Assembly: GCF_011745625.1 (NCBI RefSeq)
Contig: NW_027191457.1
Location: forward strand, 744,001 to 808,000
Origin: Cladosporium halotolerans
Lineage: Eukaryota
Length of the DNA stretch: 64,000 nt
Reading direction: 5' to 3'
Shown here: one piece after another, positions 25,929-36,473 of the stretch
Position numbering within the stretch: the stretch's first letter is position 1
Layout of the letters: every line of letters starts with the position of its first letter
The notes under the pieces: model-generated
The model's input: only the letters and a program-made list of their open reading frames with translations
Told to the model about the DNA's origin: nothing
The model's database searches: none
Made by a program: the position numbers and the translations under genes

Positions 25929-26271
25929 TTCTGAGCGGAGGTTTTGGTTGGGCGTTACGGGTTGCGATTTGCAGATCGCTGGGGGTGTGTATACTGGTGG
26001 ATTGCTATGCTGCTTTTTAGGGTTTTGGGTTCGGACGACTTTTACGATAGATGCTCTGTGGGCGACCTCGCTGGTCATGGCTTGGTACTCAGGACAAGGG
26101 ACACGGGAGGCAAGCTCTGAGGGCCGCCTTCGCAAATGTGATCGGATGGGAATGGGCCGCTGACTATTTCGTACAAGTATGTAATCGAACAAAACGCGCG
26201 CTTACAAGCGCCTTTCCAACCATGCAACGCTATGCAAGAAAATACAAAGAGAACAACCGCTCCAAAGAACC

Positions 26272-27827
26272 CTAATCGTCATCCTCATCGTCGTCATCAT
26301 CATCCTTCTCCTTCTTCTTCCCATTATTCCCCTTCTTCCTCTCCTTCCGCAACGCCTCCCGAACTCTACTGTCCGACTGGTCCATCGACTCATTCCAGTC
26401 AACATCATACTCCTCCGCAACCAGCTTAATCTCCCTGCGGAGTCTGTTGCCCTCCTCCACCAGGCCCTCCCACAGCTCGAGGTCCAGACCCTTCTGCTGG
26501 TAGAGCTGCGACTGGCGGCGCGAGACGGTGAAGTTCATCGCGCTGCGGTAGGAGACCTCGCGGTTGTGGTACAAGAACCAGGTGTAACCGCCGATAAGAG
26601 TGGAGAGACCGACGAGGTAGGTGACGGGCTCCATGACGTCCCAGCCCAGTTCGGTGCGGAAGGTCAGGTACCTGAAAGGAGAAAGTTAGCATTTGTGCTT
26701 CGAGTAAAGGACCGAGACGCTTGGACACACCAAACTCCAATCCACCATCCGATCAAGCCAGCAAAGCCACCCTGGGCAACTCTCTGCGCGCCCCTGTGAG
26801 CCAAATCATCGCACTCCTTCTTCACGTCCGCCAGCTGCGCAATCCTCTTGCCAGTCTTCCGCAGCCGCATACGCAAGTAATAAGTCCGGTCCTTGAAGCT
26901 CGGCACGCCGACATAGATCGGCGCCGCGTTCTCAATGTCCACCGCGAACTCCTTCCCGCGCGCCGCGTCGCGGATGAAATCGCCGATCTCCGTCGACGGC
27001 GACCAGCGCACGAACTGCGGGTGGATGGGGTCCTCGGCGGCGGCGCCCTTGTCGCCCGGCGCCGGCAGCGCGCTGTCCATCTTCTCGCTCTGGTTCGACG
27101 GGCCTGGGCCGGCCTCGCCGCTGTCGTCGCGCGCCGCCTTGCCCGCGGCCTCGCCGGCCTCAGCGCTCTCGACCGCCTCGTCGACGCGCTCCTGCTTCTC
27201 CTCGTTCTCGCGGCGGCGCGTCGGCAGGTCTTCTTCGCCGCTGTCCTCGGCGCGGAAGTTGACGCGCGGCGGCTGGCCGGAGGGCAGCGAGGGCAGCTCG
27301 CTCTGGATCAGGCGCTCGAGGTAGCTGAGGGGCTGCTGCGGGTGGACGAGCAGCGCGAGGGGCTCGATGTCCTTGCGGTCTTTGTTGGCGTCGCGGGTCG
27401 TGAGCGGCAGGATGAACTTGAGCATGCGGCTGGGGGTCGTGAGGAGCTTGCCCTTGGTCATGGCGCCGGCGCTGCGGGCGCGCGAAACGGGCGGCACGTC
27501 GGAGCCTTCGCGCGTCCAGGGCGAGGTGAGTTGTTTGGCTTTCAGCTCTTCTTCGCGCTCCACTTCCTTGAAGTGCTGCTTTTCGGACTCGGTGACATGT
27601 TGGGAGACTGTGCTGCCGGGTTGGGAGTAAGAGGCAGCGGGGTTCTGTTTGCCGTCATTGGGGGCGCGAGGGCGAGGGTATTGGGTTGGTAAGGAGACGG
27701 TGAAGGTGCGGCGGTTGCAGGATGGGACGAGAAAGGTGGAGTTAGAGCTGGTGATGGAGCTCAGGATTGGCTTTCGGCGAGCTCGGGGAGCGGCCTGCGC
27801 AATGGTGCGCGAGAGGAGGGGCTCCAT
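26272..27827 (-). CDS. MCU: Mitochondrial calcium uniporter (fungal MCU); exons 27827-26731, 26671-26272
   Basis: Selectivity-filter motif WDVMEPVTY between two TM helices; ALLVHPQQPLSYLERLIQSE, VRWSPSTEIGDFIRDAAR; intron 26730-26672. Confidence 0.95.
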
Positions 27828-28256
27828 GACGGCGGAAGAGGTGTTTCTGAGGTTGACTATCAAATAGACATTACACTCTAAAGATATAGTTTGGGGAGGC
27901 AAGGGGATGCGCCAGGGACACGCGAGCTTCTTCCCTTTCCAAGGTCAAGACACGGCTGTCAATCGCAAGTCCGACGTCATACGCACGGCTTCTGGCCTCC
28001 TAGCGTTTGCACGGAGCGTCTGGGCACGCGAGCCACGAAGCAGCCAAGTCGTCACCGAATGTTGCCCTGATTTCTGTCTGGCCTGGCTTGGGCGCTTGGC
28101 CTGGCGTGAATAGGGCGATTGCACTGCCAGACGATCAGGTTTCAAGCACGTTTTGGGGCCCTCACTAGGGATGTCCAAAAAAGTCCAAAGATTCGTGATC
28201 AAGAGTTTCACCAAATTTGCAAAAAGAGATGTGCACCCAGACGAGAGCTTTCTTGT

Positions 28257-28328
28257 TGACCGACGCAGGGATCGAACCTGCAATCTCTTGATTCGTAGTC
28301 AAGCGCCTTGCCATTGGGCCAGCCGGCC
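28257..28328 (-). tRNA. tRNA-Arg (anticodon ACG), intronless, 72 nt
   Basis: Reverse complement GGCCGGCTGGCCCAATGGCAAGGCGCTTGACTACGAATCAAGAGATTGCAGGTTCGATCCCTGCGTCGGTCA folds as a cloverleaf; A box, GGTTCGATCC B box, T5 run downstream (28225-28221). Confidence 0.97.
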
Positions 28329-28391
28329 TGTTTCATATTTTCGACTCCATTCATGCATTTCATGTACTCTTGGCATACCATTTCCCTATGC

Positions 28392-29667
28392 TCACGCTAC
28401 TGACCCCATCACGCTCTCCATCCAAGGATACACGCTCCCGTTCGCAGGCGGATAACCCATATGCAGCAGCCCCGTAAAGAACCTGCCCTCCTTCGGCGTG
28501 CCATACTCCATCATAAGCATCGAATCCTCAATCGGCATGAGCCCGTCGTGCGTTCCGTTGACCAGAAGCAGCCTGCAGCTCGGCTTGTCCACGATGCCCA
28601 GCTCGACGAGCGAGAAGTCCTTCTGCGCCTTGTCGAGGAACTCGTCTTCCGTCGCGTAGCCGAACTTCTCGCGCAGCGCCGGGAGCGCCGTCCATGGGTA
28701 CTCGTGGTCTTTGGCTTTCTCGAGCCACTCGCGCGAGAAGAAGTGGTGCGTGCCGGCGCCTTGGCCGACGGAGCCGAGGAGGCGGGTCGAGTGCGTGTGG
28801 GCGGCGCGGATGGCGTTGTGGCCGCCGGCGGAGAGGCCCCACTGGGATGAATGTCAGTTCGAGAGTCGTGCATTGTTCCAAAGAGGGATTACATTGACTC
28901 ACAGCAAGCACCTTCCGCATGTCGAAGTGACCCTGCTTCTCCATCCAGTCGAGGATGCTCGTCCACAGCCTGTCAGGAGAAGATGCATCACGGCGGTCGG
29001 CGGGGCAATCTGCCGTGCCAGGAATGTCGACAATGACTGAAGCCCAGCCGCGCTTGAGGAACTCGTCGCTGCGAACGGTGTTGTCAGGCCTGTGGCCATC
29101 CAGACCACACATGAGAAGCACCGCGGGCGCCGGCTTTTCCTTGCTGCTGCCTTTTGGCACCCTCACGTAAAGCGGGATCTCCTTGCCCTCGTCGTTCGGC
29201 TGGCCAGCGGTGTGTGGGATGGTAACGTCCTCGATGGGTGTGTCAAACAGAGCGGCTGCCTTCATGTAGGCTCGCTTTTGCGCCGCGTATGCCTCCCGCT
29301 TCAGGTCGGAGTTGATGTAAGGAAACCTAGCGATGCGGTAAACTGCGCAAGCACGTAGGTACAGCTCGATCGCCTTCTGCTTGTCCGTCGAGGCCGCCTC
29401 GTCCGCCTTCTTTGCGAGATCCTCGCAGGTCGGGAGGAACTCAGCGGTGTACTCCACGCTGTAGCCATCGTGGATGCCCTTCTTGATCAAAGTCTCGAAG
29501 ATGGGCGCGAAGTCTTCGTACTTGCCATCGTGGAAGGGGTAGAGGGAACGCTCGCAAGGGAACTTCCACTTCTTGTTCCAGAGGTTGTCGATGCTGCCGA
29601 GATGGGGGTAGACTTGGTCGAACTTGTCGCCCAGGATCCAGCGGCTGCCAGTGCGTGGATCGGTCAT
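28392..29667 (-). CDS. AYG1: Ayg1/YG1 alpha/beta hydrolase (polyketide chain-shortening step of DHN-melanin synthesis); exons 29667-28903, 28841-28392
   Basis: YPH.GSI..LW..KWK.PC...LYPFHDGKYEDF, GLDGHRPD, nucleophile WGLSAGG restored by splicing intron 28902-28842, NGTHDGLMPIEDS, HMGYP. Confidence 0.92.
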
Positions 29668-30676
29668 TTTGGGAATGGCACAGATGATGGGAGAGAATAG
29701 GAAGGATAAGGGCTCAATAGGGTCTATGAAGAAGAGGGGCAACGCAACGTATATGAGAGCATGTATAGTTCGATAGTTCGGATGTTTCGCAATTCGGACT
29801 TCTCGCTCTTACCATTGACCGGCATTGCAGCTCCAGCCGCGACGGAGTTGTGCACTGCAAGAGTCCGATCCAACCGTTTCGTGCTGACATGTGTGACGAA
29901 AATTGTCGGACTCGTGCGGTTGTCCAGCCTCTCGCAAGCCGTCTTGCAACAGGCCCATCGCTGTGTCTTTCATAGCTTGAGCGGGCAACAAACAAACAGC
30001 ACCCCAGATGGCCAGGCGGTGACGAGGCTGGTTGGTAGGTAGAGGCGAGGCGAGTGGAGCAGACCCTCCCATTCCTCCCGGCCCCAAGCCAATTCTCCGA
30101 ACATGCGCGCGTGGTCGTGTGGGGCAGCCGCTCGCCGTGGCCGGAGTCCCTCCTCGCAGGGCGCTGACCCGAAGCGCCAACCACGCGGTGACGAGTTGAT
30201 GGCGGCGTGAGGCCTGAGGTACTCGTGTACCTGTTCGCCGCCTTCATAGGCATCCCGTACCGACGACTTGCCTGAGGGGTGTTTTTTATCACGTGAATTG
30301 CCGCTGTGGTTTCGCGGTGGGAGATCCTGCGGCCGGCCTTCACATGTCTCGCCAGGTGATGCCTGCCAAGCGCCGCCCAAGCTCTCACCCAAGCCCCGCC
30401 TTCTCGCGACGGGATGATGTTCGCGGTGGTCGCCGATTTACACTTGACCTGCCGTGCTCGCCTTGTGCAACCTATGCTACGGATAGACACATCTCTTGTC
30501 GCCATTCCACCCCCTTCCTGTCGCATCGGAATTCTTGAGTTACCGTGATCCCATAGACTACAACGGCGGGAGCTTTGCGTAGACCGCTCTCGGCACAACG
30601 ACCATAGCCTGGGCAATCGCAATTTGCTCCGTCATACACCTGCTCCCACGGACAGCACAGTAGCATTTGCCCAAGC

Positions 30677-32440
30677 ATGGCAGATCCCGATCCTACACAG
30701 GCAAAAGTCCTCATAGACGAGAAAGAGCAGAAGGACGAGCAAGCGGCGTCATCCAGCGTGGAACCAGCCCCGGCGGGCCCAGACGCCTCCGGGCCAACAC
30801 CCACGAGCGCAGTCTCCACCACGTCCTCAAACCTCTCACCGCCCGTATCACCACCTGAGTCGCCCCCAGACGCGCGGAAGCACTCGACTGTCGACGACTA
30901 CTATTCTGCGCGGCCGAAGCATGACAAGCTAGGAAATCCGATCCCAGAGAGGCGAAGGCCTCATGGAGCAATGGCGTCAGTGTACGGAGCATCGAAAGTC
31001 AGGCTGCCCGGAGATCTGGGCCCCAATGACCCCAGGAGACCGCGATCACCTGCGCCAGGCAACCTGCCCGGCGATCTAGGACCGAATGACCCTCGAAGAC
31101 CATCAAGCCGCACAGTCAGCCCGGCTCCTTCTGGGCATAGTAGACAAGGGAGCGATGGACTTGGATCGCCAGCTGGCGCGCGCATTCTGAAGGACCCGAA
31201 GCCGCCGCCAGAGAGTGAGCCAGCAGACAGCGATAGAGAGGCAGATGCGGACAATGACACGGATAATGACGAGGCCGGACGTGGCCGGCAGAAGAAGAGA
31301 CCGGAGCCTGGACGCACGACATCGGGGAAATCTGTCAATGTTAGGGGCGACAGTGCCGACTCGGAAGTTGTGTTCCCGCAATTCCAGGGAGAGCGAAAGC
31401 CTGATCCTACGAAAGGCGAGAGCGCGATATCTTTCAAGCTGACAACGCCCGTGGAGAAGGACAAGGCGAAGAAGAGAGTACACCCCATGAGCGCCTTCGA
31501 TTCTGCGCCATCGGGACTCTCCTCTCCAGTGGGGTCCGACGACGAGTCTCACTCCGAGTTGCTTGCCGCGCAAAAGCTCAGCCTCACCATGTCGGCGGTC
31601 CACAGCACGCCCTCCGCGCATCGCGTCATCCGGCAGATCATTCGAGGAGACTACGCACATTTCCAGCGCGAGGCGGAGGAAGGCCGTAAGCGACAACGCA
31701 TGTACCTCGTCGCTACTGATATTTCTCCTGAAGCCGAGTACGCTCTCGAATGGACCATCGGAACTGTGCTTCGTGACGGCGACACTCTTTTCGCGGTCTA
31801 CGCTGCCGATGAGGAGACTGCTGCCGTTGGAGGCGGTGAAGGTGGCGTTGAGATTGGCAAGGGTGCCGAAAGTGTGAAAGACACCGCGGCGATCGTGCGC
31901 GGCCTGTCCGCAACAAATGCCTCAGTGCCGCCGTCTCCCGGCCCGTCGCCTCTGGCCCAGAGTGCAGTTCCAGGCGACGGTCGCAGCAGAAGTCAAGGTG
32001 TTTACAGCTCAGCCGAGTCCGAAAGACGGAAAGCAGTCGAGGACATCACTCAACGTTGCGTGCGCCTTCTCCGCAAGACGCGCCTGCAGGTTCGGGTCGT
32101 CGTCGAAGTCTTCCACTGCAAATCGCCAAGGCACATGATTACTGAACTCATCGACTTCCTCTCACCGACTCTCGTCATCATCGGATCGCGTGGCCGTAGT
32201 GCCGTCAAGGGCGTCTTGCTGGGCAGTTTCTCGAATTATCTAGTCACGAAGAGTTCGGTGCCGGTCATGGTAGCTAGGAAGAAGCTCAGGAAGCATAGCA
32301 AGATGGTCAGAAATCGCGACGGCACGGCAGTGCCTTACAGCGGTATCACAGGCAGGGCAGGTCGCTTGAGCAATGTGATCGAAGCACCCAAGGGCAAGGG
32401 CTTGAGAGTCCAAGGATGGGACAAGGTAGGTATCGACTAG
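30677..32440 (+). CDS. Universal stress protein (USP) domain protein with long disordered N-terminus
   Basis: YLVATDISPEAEYALEWTIGTVLRDGD and VIIGSRGRSAVKGVLLGSFSNYLVTKSSVPVMVAR USP signatures. Confidence 0.92.
   Translation: MADPDPTQAKVLIDEKEQKDEQAASSSVEPAPAGPDASGPTPTSAVSTTSSNLSPPVSPPESPPDARKHSTVDDYYSARPKHDKLGNPIPERRRPHGAMASVYGASKVRLPGDLGPNDPRRPRSPAPGNLPGDLGPNDPRRPSSRTVSPAPSGHSRQGSDGLGSPAGARILKDPKPPPESEPADSDREADADNDTDNDEAGRGRQKKRPEPGRTTSGKSVNVRGDSADSEVVFPQFQGERKPDPTKGESAISFKLTTPVEKDKAKKRVHPMSAFDSAPSGLSSPVGSDDESHSELLAAQKLSLTMSAVHSTPSAHRVIRQIIRGDYAHFQREAEEGRKRQRMYLVATDISPEAEYALEWTIGTVLRDGDTLFAVYAADEETAAVGGGEGGVEIGKGAESVKDTAAIVRGLSATNASVPPSPGPSPLAQSAVPGDGRSRSQGVYSSAESERRKAVEDITQRCVRLLRKTRLQVRVVVEVFHCKSPRHMITELIDFLSPTLVIIGSRGRSAVKGVLLGSFSNYLVTKSSVPVMVARKKLRKHSKMVRNRDGTAVPYSGITGRAGRLSNVIEAPKGKGLRVQGWDKVGID
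31004..31102 (+). repeat. Two-copy coding repeat LPGDLGPNDPRRP (39-nt units at 31004 and 31064)
   Basis: 13/13 amino acids identical; 7 of 13 codons differ synonymously. Confidence 0.9.
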
Positions 32441-32743
32441 AAGTCTACCCAAGAGAAACAAAGACAGTCATCTCCTCGATCAATTGCAGGCATCGGTCTC
32501 AACCCTTTACCTCTCACCTCACGTTCCACATACAGCACTCGCTCACCGCACGTGAAAGGTGGGGCAAGTGCGCAATCCCTGCAGAGTAAGCTCTCCAGAC
32601 CCCAATGCATTGTCAGAAACCTACCATCTGCTCCGTCAGCAGCCACCATGATGCGAAAGCACCACCACCCGGCAATTCTCAGATCAATCAGATATCAACC
32701 CCCCTCTTCCCCCCTCCCCGTCCTGTAACCCACACTTCGCCCA

Positions 32744-34279
32744 ATGCACCACCCCAAACCACCAAGAATTAAAACAGCAATCCACCGCCTCACCACCGCA
32801 ACCCGCCACTTCACCACCACGAACCCAACGACCAGAATGGCCACCCCCAAAAAGTCCTTCTCCGCCCTCATCATCGGTTCCGGCCAATCCGGCACGCCGC
32901 TCGCCACGGCCCTCGCCGCAACCGGCCGCACGACAGCTCTCGTCGAGCGCGCGCACCTCGGCGGCTCCTGCGTCAACGTCGGCTGCACGCCGACCAAGAC
33001 CATGATCGCCAGCGGCCGCGTCGCGCACCTCGCGCGCCGCGCAGGCGAGTACGGTGTTTTCCAGCGAGTCGTGGGCGAGGGGATCGCGCCGGCTGTGGAG
33101 ATGGAGCGGGTCAGGGAGAGAAAGAGGGAGGTTGTGGCGCAGTGGAGGGCGGGGAGCGAGAGGAGGGTTAGCGGGGTCGAGGGGCTGGAGGTGCTGAGGG
33201 GCGAGGCGAGGTTTGTGGGCGAGAGGAAGGTGAGGGTTTCGCTTGAGGAGGGGGGTGGGGAGGTGGAGGTGATGGCGGAGGAGGTTTTTGTTGATGTTGG
33301 GGAGAGGCCGGCGGGGGCGGAGGTGGAGGGGTTGGAGGGGTTGGGGGAGGGGAGGGTGTTGGATTCGACGAGTGTTATGGAGTTGGGGGAGGTGCCGGGA
33401 AGGTTGGTTGTGTTGGGCGGTGGGTATATTGGGATGGAGTTTGGGCAGTTGTTTAGGAGGTTGGGGAGCGAGGTTGTGATTGTGCAGAGGGCGCAGCAGT
33501 TGTTGCCGAGAGAGGATGCAGAGATTGCGGAGGCGGTTCGGAAGATCTGCGAGGAGGATGGTATCGAGGTCGTTCTTGGATCGACTGCTACGAAAGTGTC
33601 TCCTCAGCGCGGTGGGCTCCTACTTCAATACCGCACCTCAACTGGCGCCTTGCACGAAACTTCTGGCACCCACCTCCTTCTGGCTACTGGACGAAAGCCG
33701 AACACCGATTCTCTCGATCTTTCTGTCGCCGGAATCAAAGCCACTCCACGCGGCCACATCATCGTCTCCGACAATCTAGAGACTTCCATTCCCAACGTGT
33801 ACGCCTTGGGAGATTGCCATGGCGGCCCGGCCTTCACTCACGTCTCGTACGACGATTTCCGCATCATCCGCCACAATCTCATCGACAAGACTTCCCCGCC
33901 CACGTCCATCATGCAACGTGACGGACTGGTCCCGTACGTCGTGTATACGGATCCTCAGCTCGGTCACGTCGGACTGCACGAGGCGGAAGCTCGTGCGAAG
34001 TTTCCAAGCAAGCAAATCAAGACTGCTACGATGCCGATGTCTGCGGTTGCCAGAGCGGTCGAGACGGCGGAGACGCGCGGACTTATGAAGGCTGTTGTCG
34101 ATGGTGAGAGCGGGCACATTCTGGGTTTCACGTGTCTTGGGATTGAGGGTGGGGAGATCATGAGTCTGGTACAGGTGGCAATGATAGGCAAGCTGCCGTG
34201 GTGGAAGCTGAGGGATGCAGTGTTTGCCCATCCGACTCTGGCGGAGAGTTTGAATAACCTTTGGGGGTATCTGAGGTAA
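32744..34279 (+). CDS. Class I pyridine nucleotide-disulfide oxidoreductase, MerA/RclA-like; intronless; second in-frame ATG at 32837
   Basis: IIGSGQSG FAD motif, redox disulfide GGSCVNVGCTPTK, VLGGGYIGMEF NAD(P) motif, ATGRKPN, YALGDC, C-terminal HPTLAE; no C-terminal Cys-Cys. Confidence 0.9.
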   Translation: MHHPKPPRIKTAIHRLTTATRHFTTTNPTTRMATPKKSFSALIIGSGQSGTPLATALAATGRTTALVERAHLGGSCVNVGCTPTKTMIASGRVAHLARRAGEYGVFQRVVGEGIAPAVEMERVRERKREVVAQWRAGSERRVSGVEGLEVLRGEARFVGERKVRVSLEEGGGEVEVMAEEVFVDVGERPAGAEVEGLEGLGEGRVLDSTSVMELGEVPGRLVVLGGGYIGMEFGQLFRRLGSEVVIVQRAQQLLPREDAEIAEAVRKICEEDGIEVVLGSTATKVSPQRGGLLLQYRTSTGALHETSGTHLLLATGRKPNTDSLDLSVAGIKATPRGHIIVSDNLETSIPNVYALGDCHGGPAFTHVSYDDFRIIRHNLIDKTSPPTSIMQRDGLVPYVVYTDPQLGHVGLHEAEARAKFPSKQIKTATMPMSAVARAVETAETRGLMKAVVDGESGHILGFTCLGIEGGEIMSLVQVAMIGKLPWWKLRDAVFAHPTLAESLNNLWGYLR

Positions 34280-34936
34280 CATTGAAGGAACGGATGTGAT
34301 GAGACGAAATGAAAATGGGAGTTGCATTGCAAACTTTGGAATGAGGCACTGTCCATGTTCCCACTAATGTCATCAGTATGCCTTTCCTAATAATGTCTAG
34401 TGATCACATGGAAAGAAGGTTGACGCCTGTACCTGCTTCAATGCCATGACAATTTTTGTAGACACGCTGCTACCTTCTATCATTCGTGATGCCGAGAAGC
34501 CAATGCCACTGAGAATAACTGTTTGTCGCCTCGCTACTTCCTAATCGTAACTCCGAGCAGACGATGGCCTCGCTGGGTACTATAGTCGACTTTTCCTTAA
34601 GGACATGAGAATCTACCAATGAGAAGCATTCTTGGTAAGTCATTTGCAGTTGGAGATCCCAGCAAACGTTATTGAACATGCTACTGTCCTCACCAATGGT
34701 CAGAGACATGAGGAAGTTCTAACTGAGTGCAGCGCCCTGGGTCTGCGCGCCTTTGTCCTCACATCCAAACTCAATTGCTTCATTTCTCATCACTCACAAT
34801 TGGCGATGGCCGCAGCACGATGTATAGGAGCAGAGCAACCTCCTCATCAGAACAATCATTGCTTCTGAACCATCCGAGTGGACCGATCGCATACTTCTAT
34901 CACCGTACCGAACGCTCCAAGAAAGGGCAGACAGGA

Positions 34937-34995
34937 GCAGCAGCAGCGGAAGCAGCAGAAGAACCACCACCATCACCACCATCGCCACCACCACC
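34937..34995 (+). repeat. Compound imperfect trinucleotide microsatellite (GCA)n/(CCA)n just upstream of ATG 34999
   Basis: gcagcagcagcggaagcagcagaagaaccaccaccatcaccaccatcgccaccaccacc. Confidence 0.75.
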
Positions 34996-34998
34996 GTC

Positions 34999-35616
34999 AT
35001 GGCCACTTCTTCACAGAAATTCAAGATTCCCGGGTGCTTCGACTTCTACGCTGAACTGGAGAGAGTCGACAGCGGCATGGACAAGCTGTCACTGAACAAG
35101 AAGGACGTCTTGCCAGAAGCCAGCGCCGCCGAACACCACGAGATCAGCCAAGAGCAACGCGTCCTGGTCAAGCAATACGAATGCGACCGAGACACCTTCC
35201 ACGCCAGCCAACTCGGCCAAGTCATCCACAACGCCAATGGCAACAGTATCGCCCTGGCACGCGTGTGCCTGCAGCCGCGCATGGTCGAGGAGCAATCCGG
35301 CCCTATCGCTTGCCCTCCGATGCGCCCCAAGGTCGGCAACTACCCTGACCCGACCAGGGACCAGGCGGTGCAGTCTCCGAGGATGCAGCGGTTGCTCTCC
35401 GGCCTGGGGCGCCTCGAGACCAACTTGGGGGTGATGGAAGCACCGAAGCCGGAGTGGTGGATGGAAGAAGACGAGCTCGCCCTCTTGTCTCCACACACGT
35501 CCAAAAGGACCCGCTTCATCCAGTCGGCTATGTTGGAGGCTGAGCGGCTGGACATGGAGCCTTGGGATTACATGCGCCAGCTCGAGGAGGTGAAGGATCT
35601 AAGCTTCGGTTCCTGA
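34999..35616 (+). CDS. Hypothetical 205-aa protein
   Basis: ATG-initiated ORF with C/G-ending codon bias; no recognisable domain. Confidence 0.55.
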   Translation: MATSSQKFKIPGCFDFYAELERVDSGMDKLSLNKKDVLPEASAAEHHEISQEQRVLVKQYECDRDTFHASQLGQVIHNANGNSIALARVCLQPRMVEEQSGPIACPPMRPKVGNYPDPTRDQAVQSPRMQRLLSGLGRLETNLGVMEAPKPEWWMEEDELALLSPHTSKRTRFIQSAMLEAERLDMEPWDYMRQLEEVKDLSFGS

Positions 35617-36473
35617 AAACCTGATAGCTCGGAGAATGGCGTTCGGGTTATAGATTTGCACCACGGAGGTCTGTCTGGCAGGGGATATTGCGCGCTCCCG
35701 ATGAATTGATGCTAGGCTGCTTCTAGACCGTTGCTGTTCGTGGCGTTCTTCGCACTGTCGCTTTTGTATGTGCCTTTTTTTTTAACATACGGAGGATACA
35801 AGCGTAACGCGATAAATTTTGATTGAGGGCAGCATGAACCCATGATTGGACTCTCGGGTGCTCTCCATGTGCGGTTCTTCGTCGCCAAACAATGATCTTG
35901 GACGTTGAGAAGCGAACAGGAGCCATGCGTTGCAATAGATCAATCCGTAGCTCAACAAGGCAGTCGCTGCATCTGTGAAGAAATCGATCATTCCTTCTTC
36001 AATGTGCAAAATGAATCGTAGAAGGCGTTTTCTCCAAGTTCCAGCAAGGTGATCATGGTCGGCTTCATCAAGAATTGATGGGTCCGATGCAAATGGGCGG
36101 CGGCAGTAGAACAAATCCGTCGCATAATGCTACTGTTGTGCACACGCTAGGTTTCAACGCATCGCTGATGCCAGCAAGTTGTCAGTGTGCTGTCGCGAGT
36201 ATCGAGGTGCAAGGCGTCGTGGTCAGCATTCGGCTGTCGATGCTTTTAGCTTTTTGTCTCGAAACTCAACTACATCGCGATGAAGACACAATGCGAGAAG
36301 GCCAAAGCATTTGAATTTTTACAGGTCGCTGCAAGCCAATATATTCAACTCGCGCTCTTGCTGCTGTTTCTCTTTCATCAACATAACCAGTCTGATCCAC
36401 ACCGAGATCTACACAAGCGCAACTCGACTCACAGAAACGCCTCTAGTGCTCAAACGACCGACAAATCTTCAAC

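Noticed and set aside
25093..26192. Long ORFs 25093..26163 (+) and 25569..26192 (-)
   Set aside because: Shadow frames produced by extreme C/G skew; the real gene is the spliced secreted protein 25196-25928
26721..27692. 323-aa plus-strand ORF; likewise 43067..44050 (-) and 63110..63988 (+)
   Set aside because: Antisense shadows of GC3-rich genes MCU, BLM10 and CTK3
29714..30622. 302-aa minus-strand ORF
   Set aside because: Non-ATG start, Arg/Ser/Cys-rich random-like composition, lies in the AYG1/USP divergent promoter
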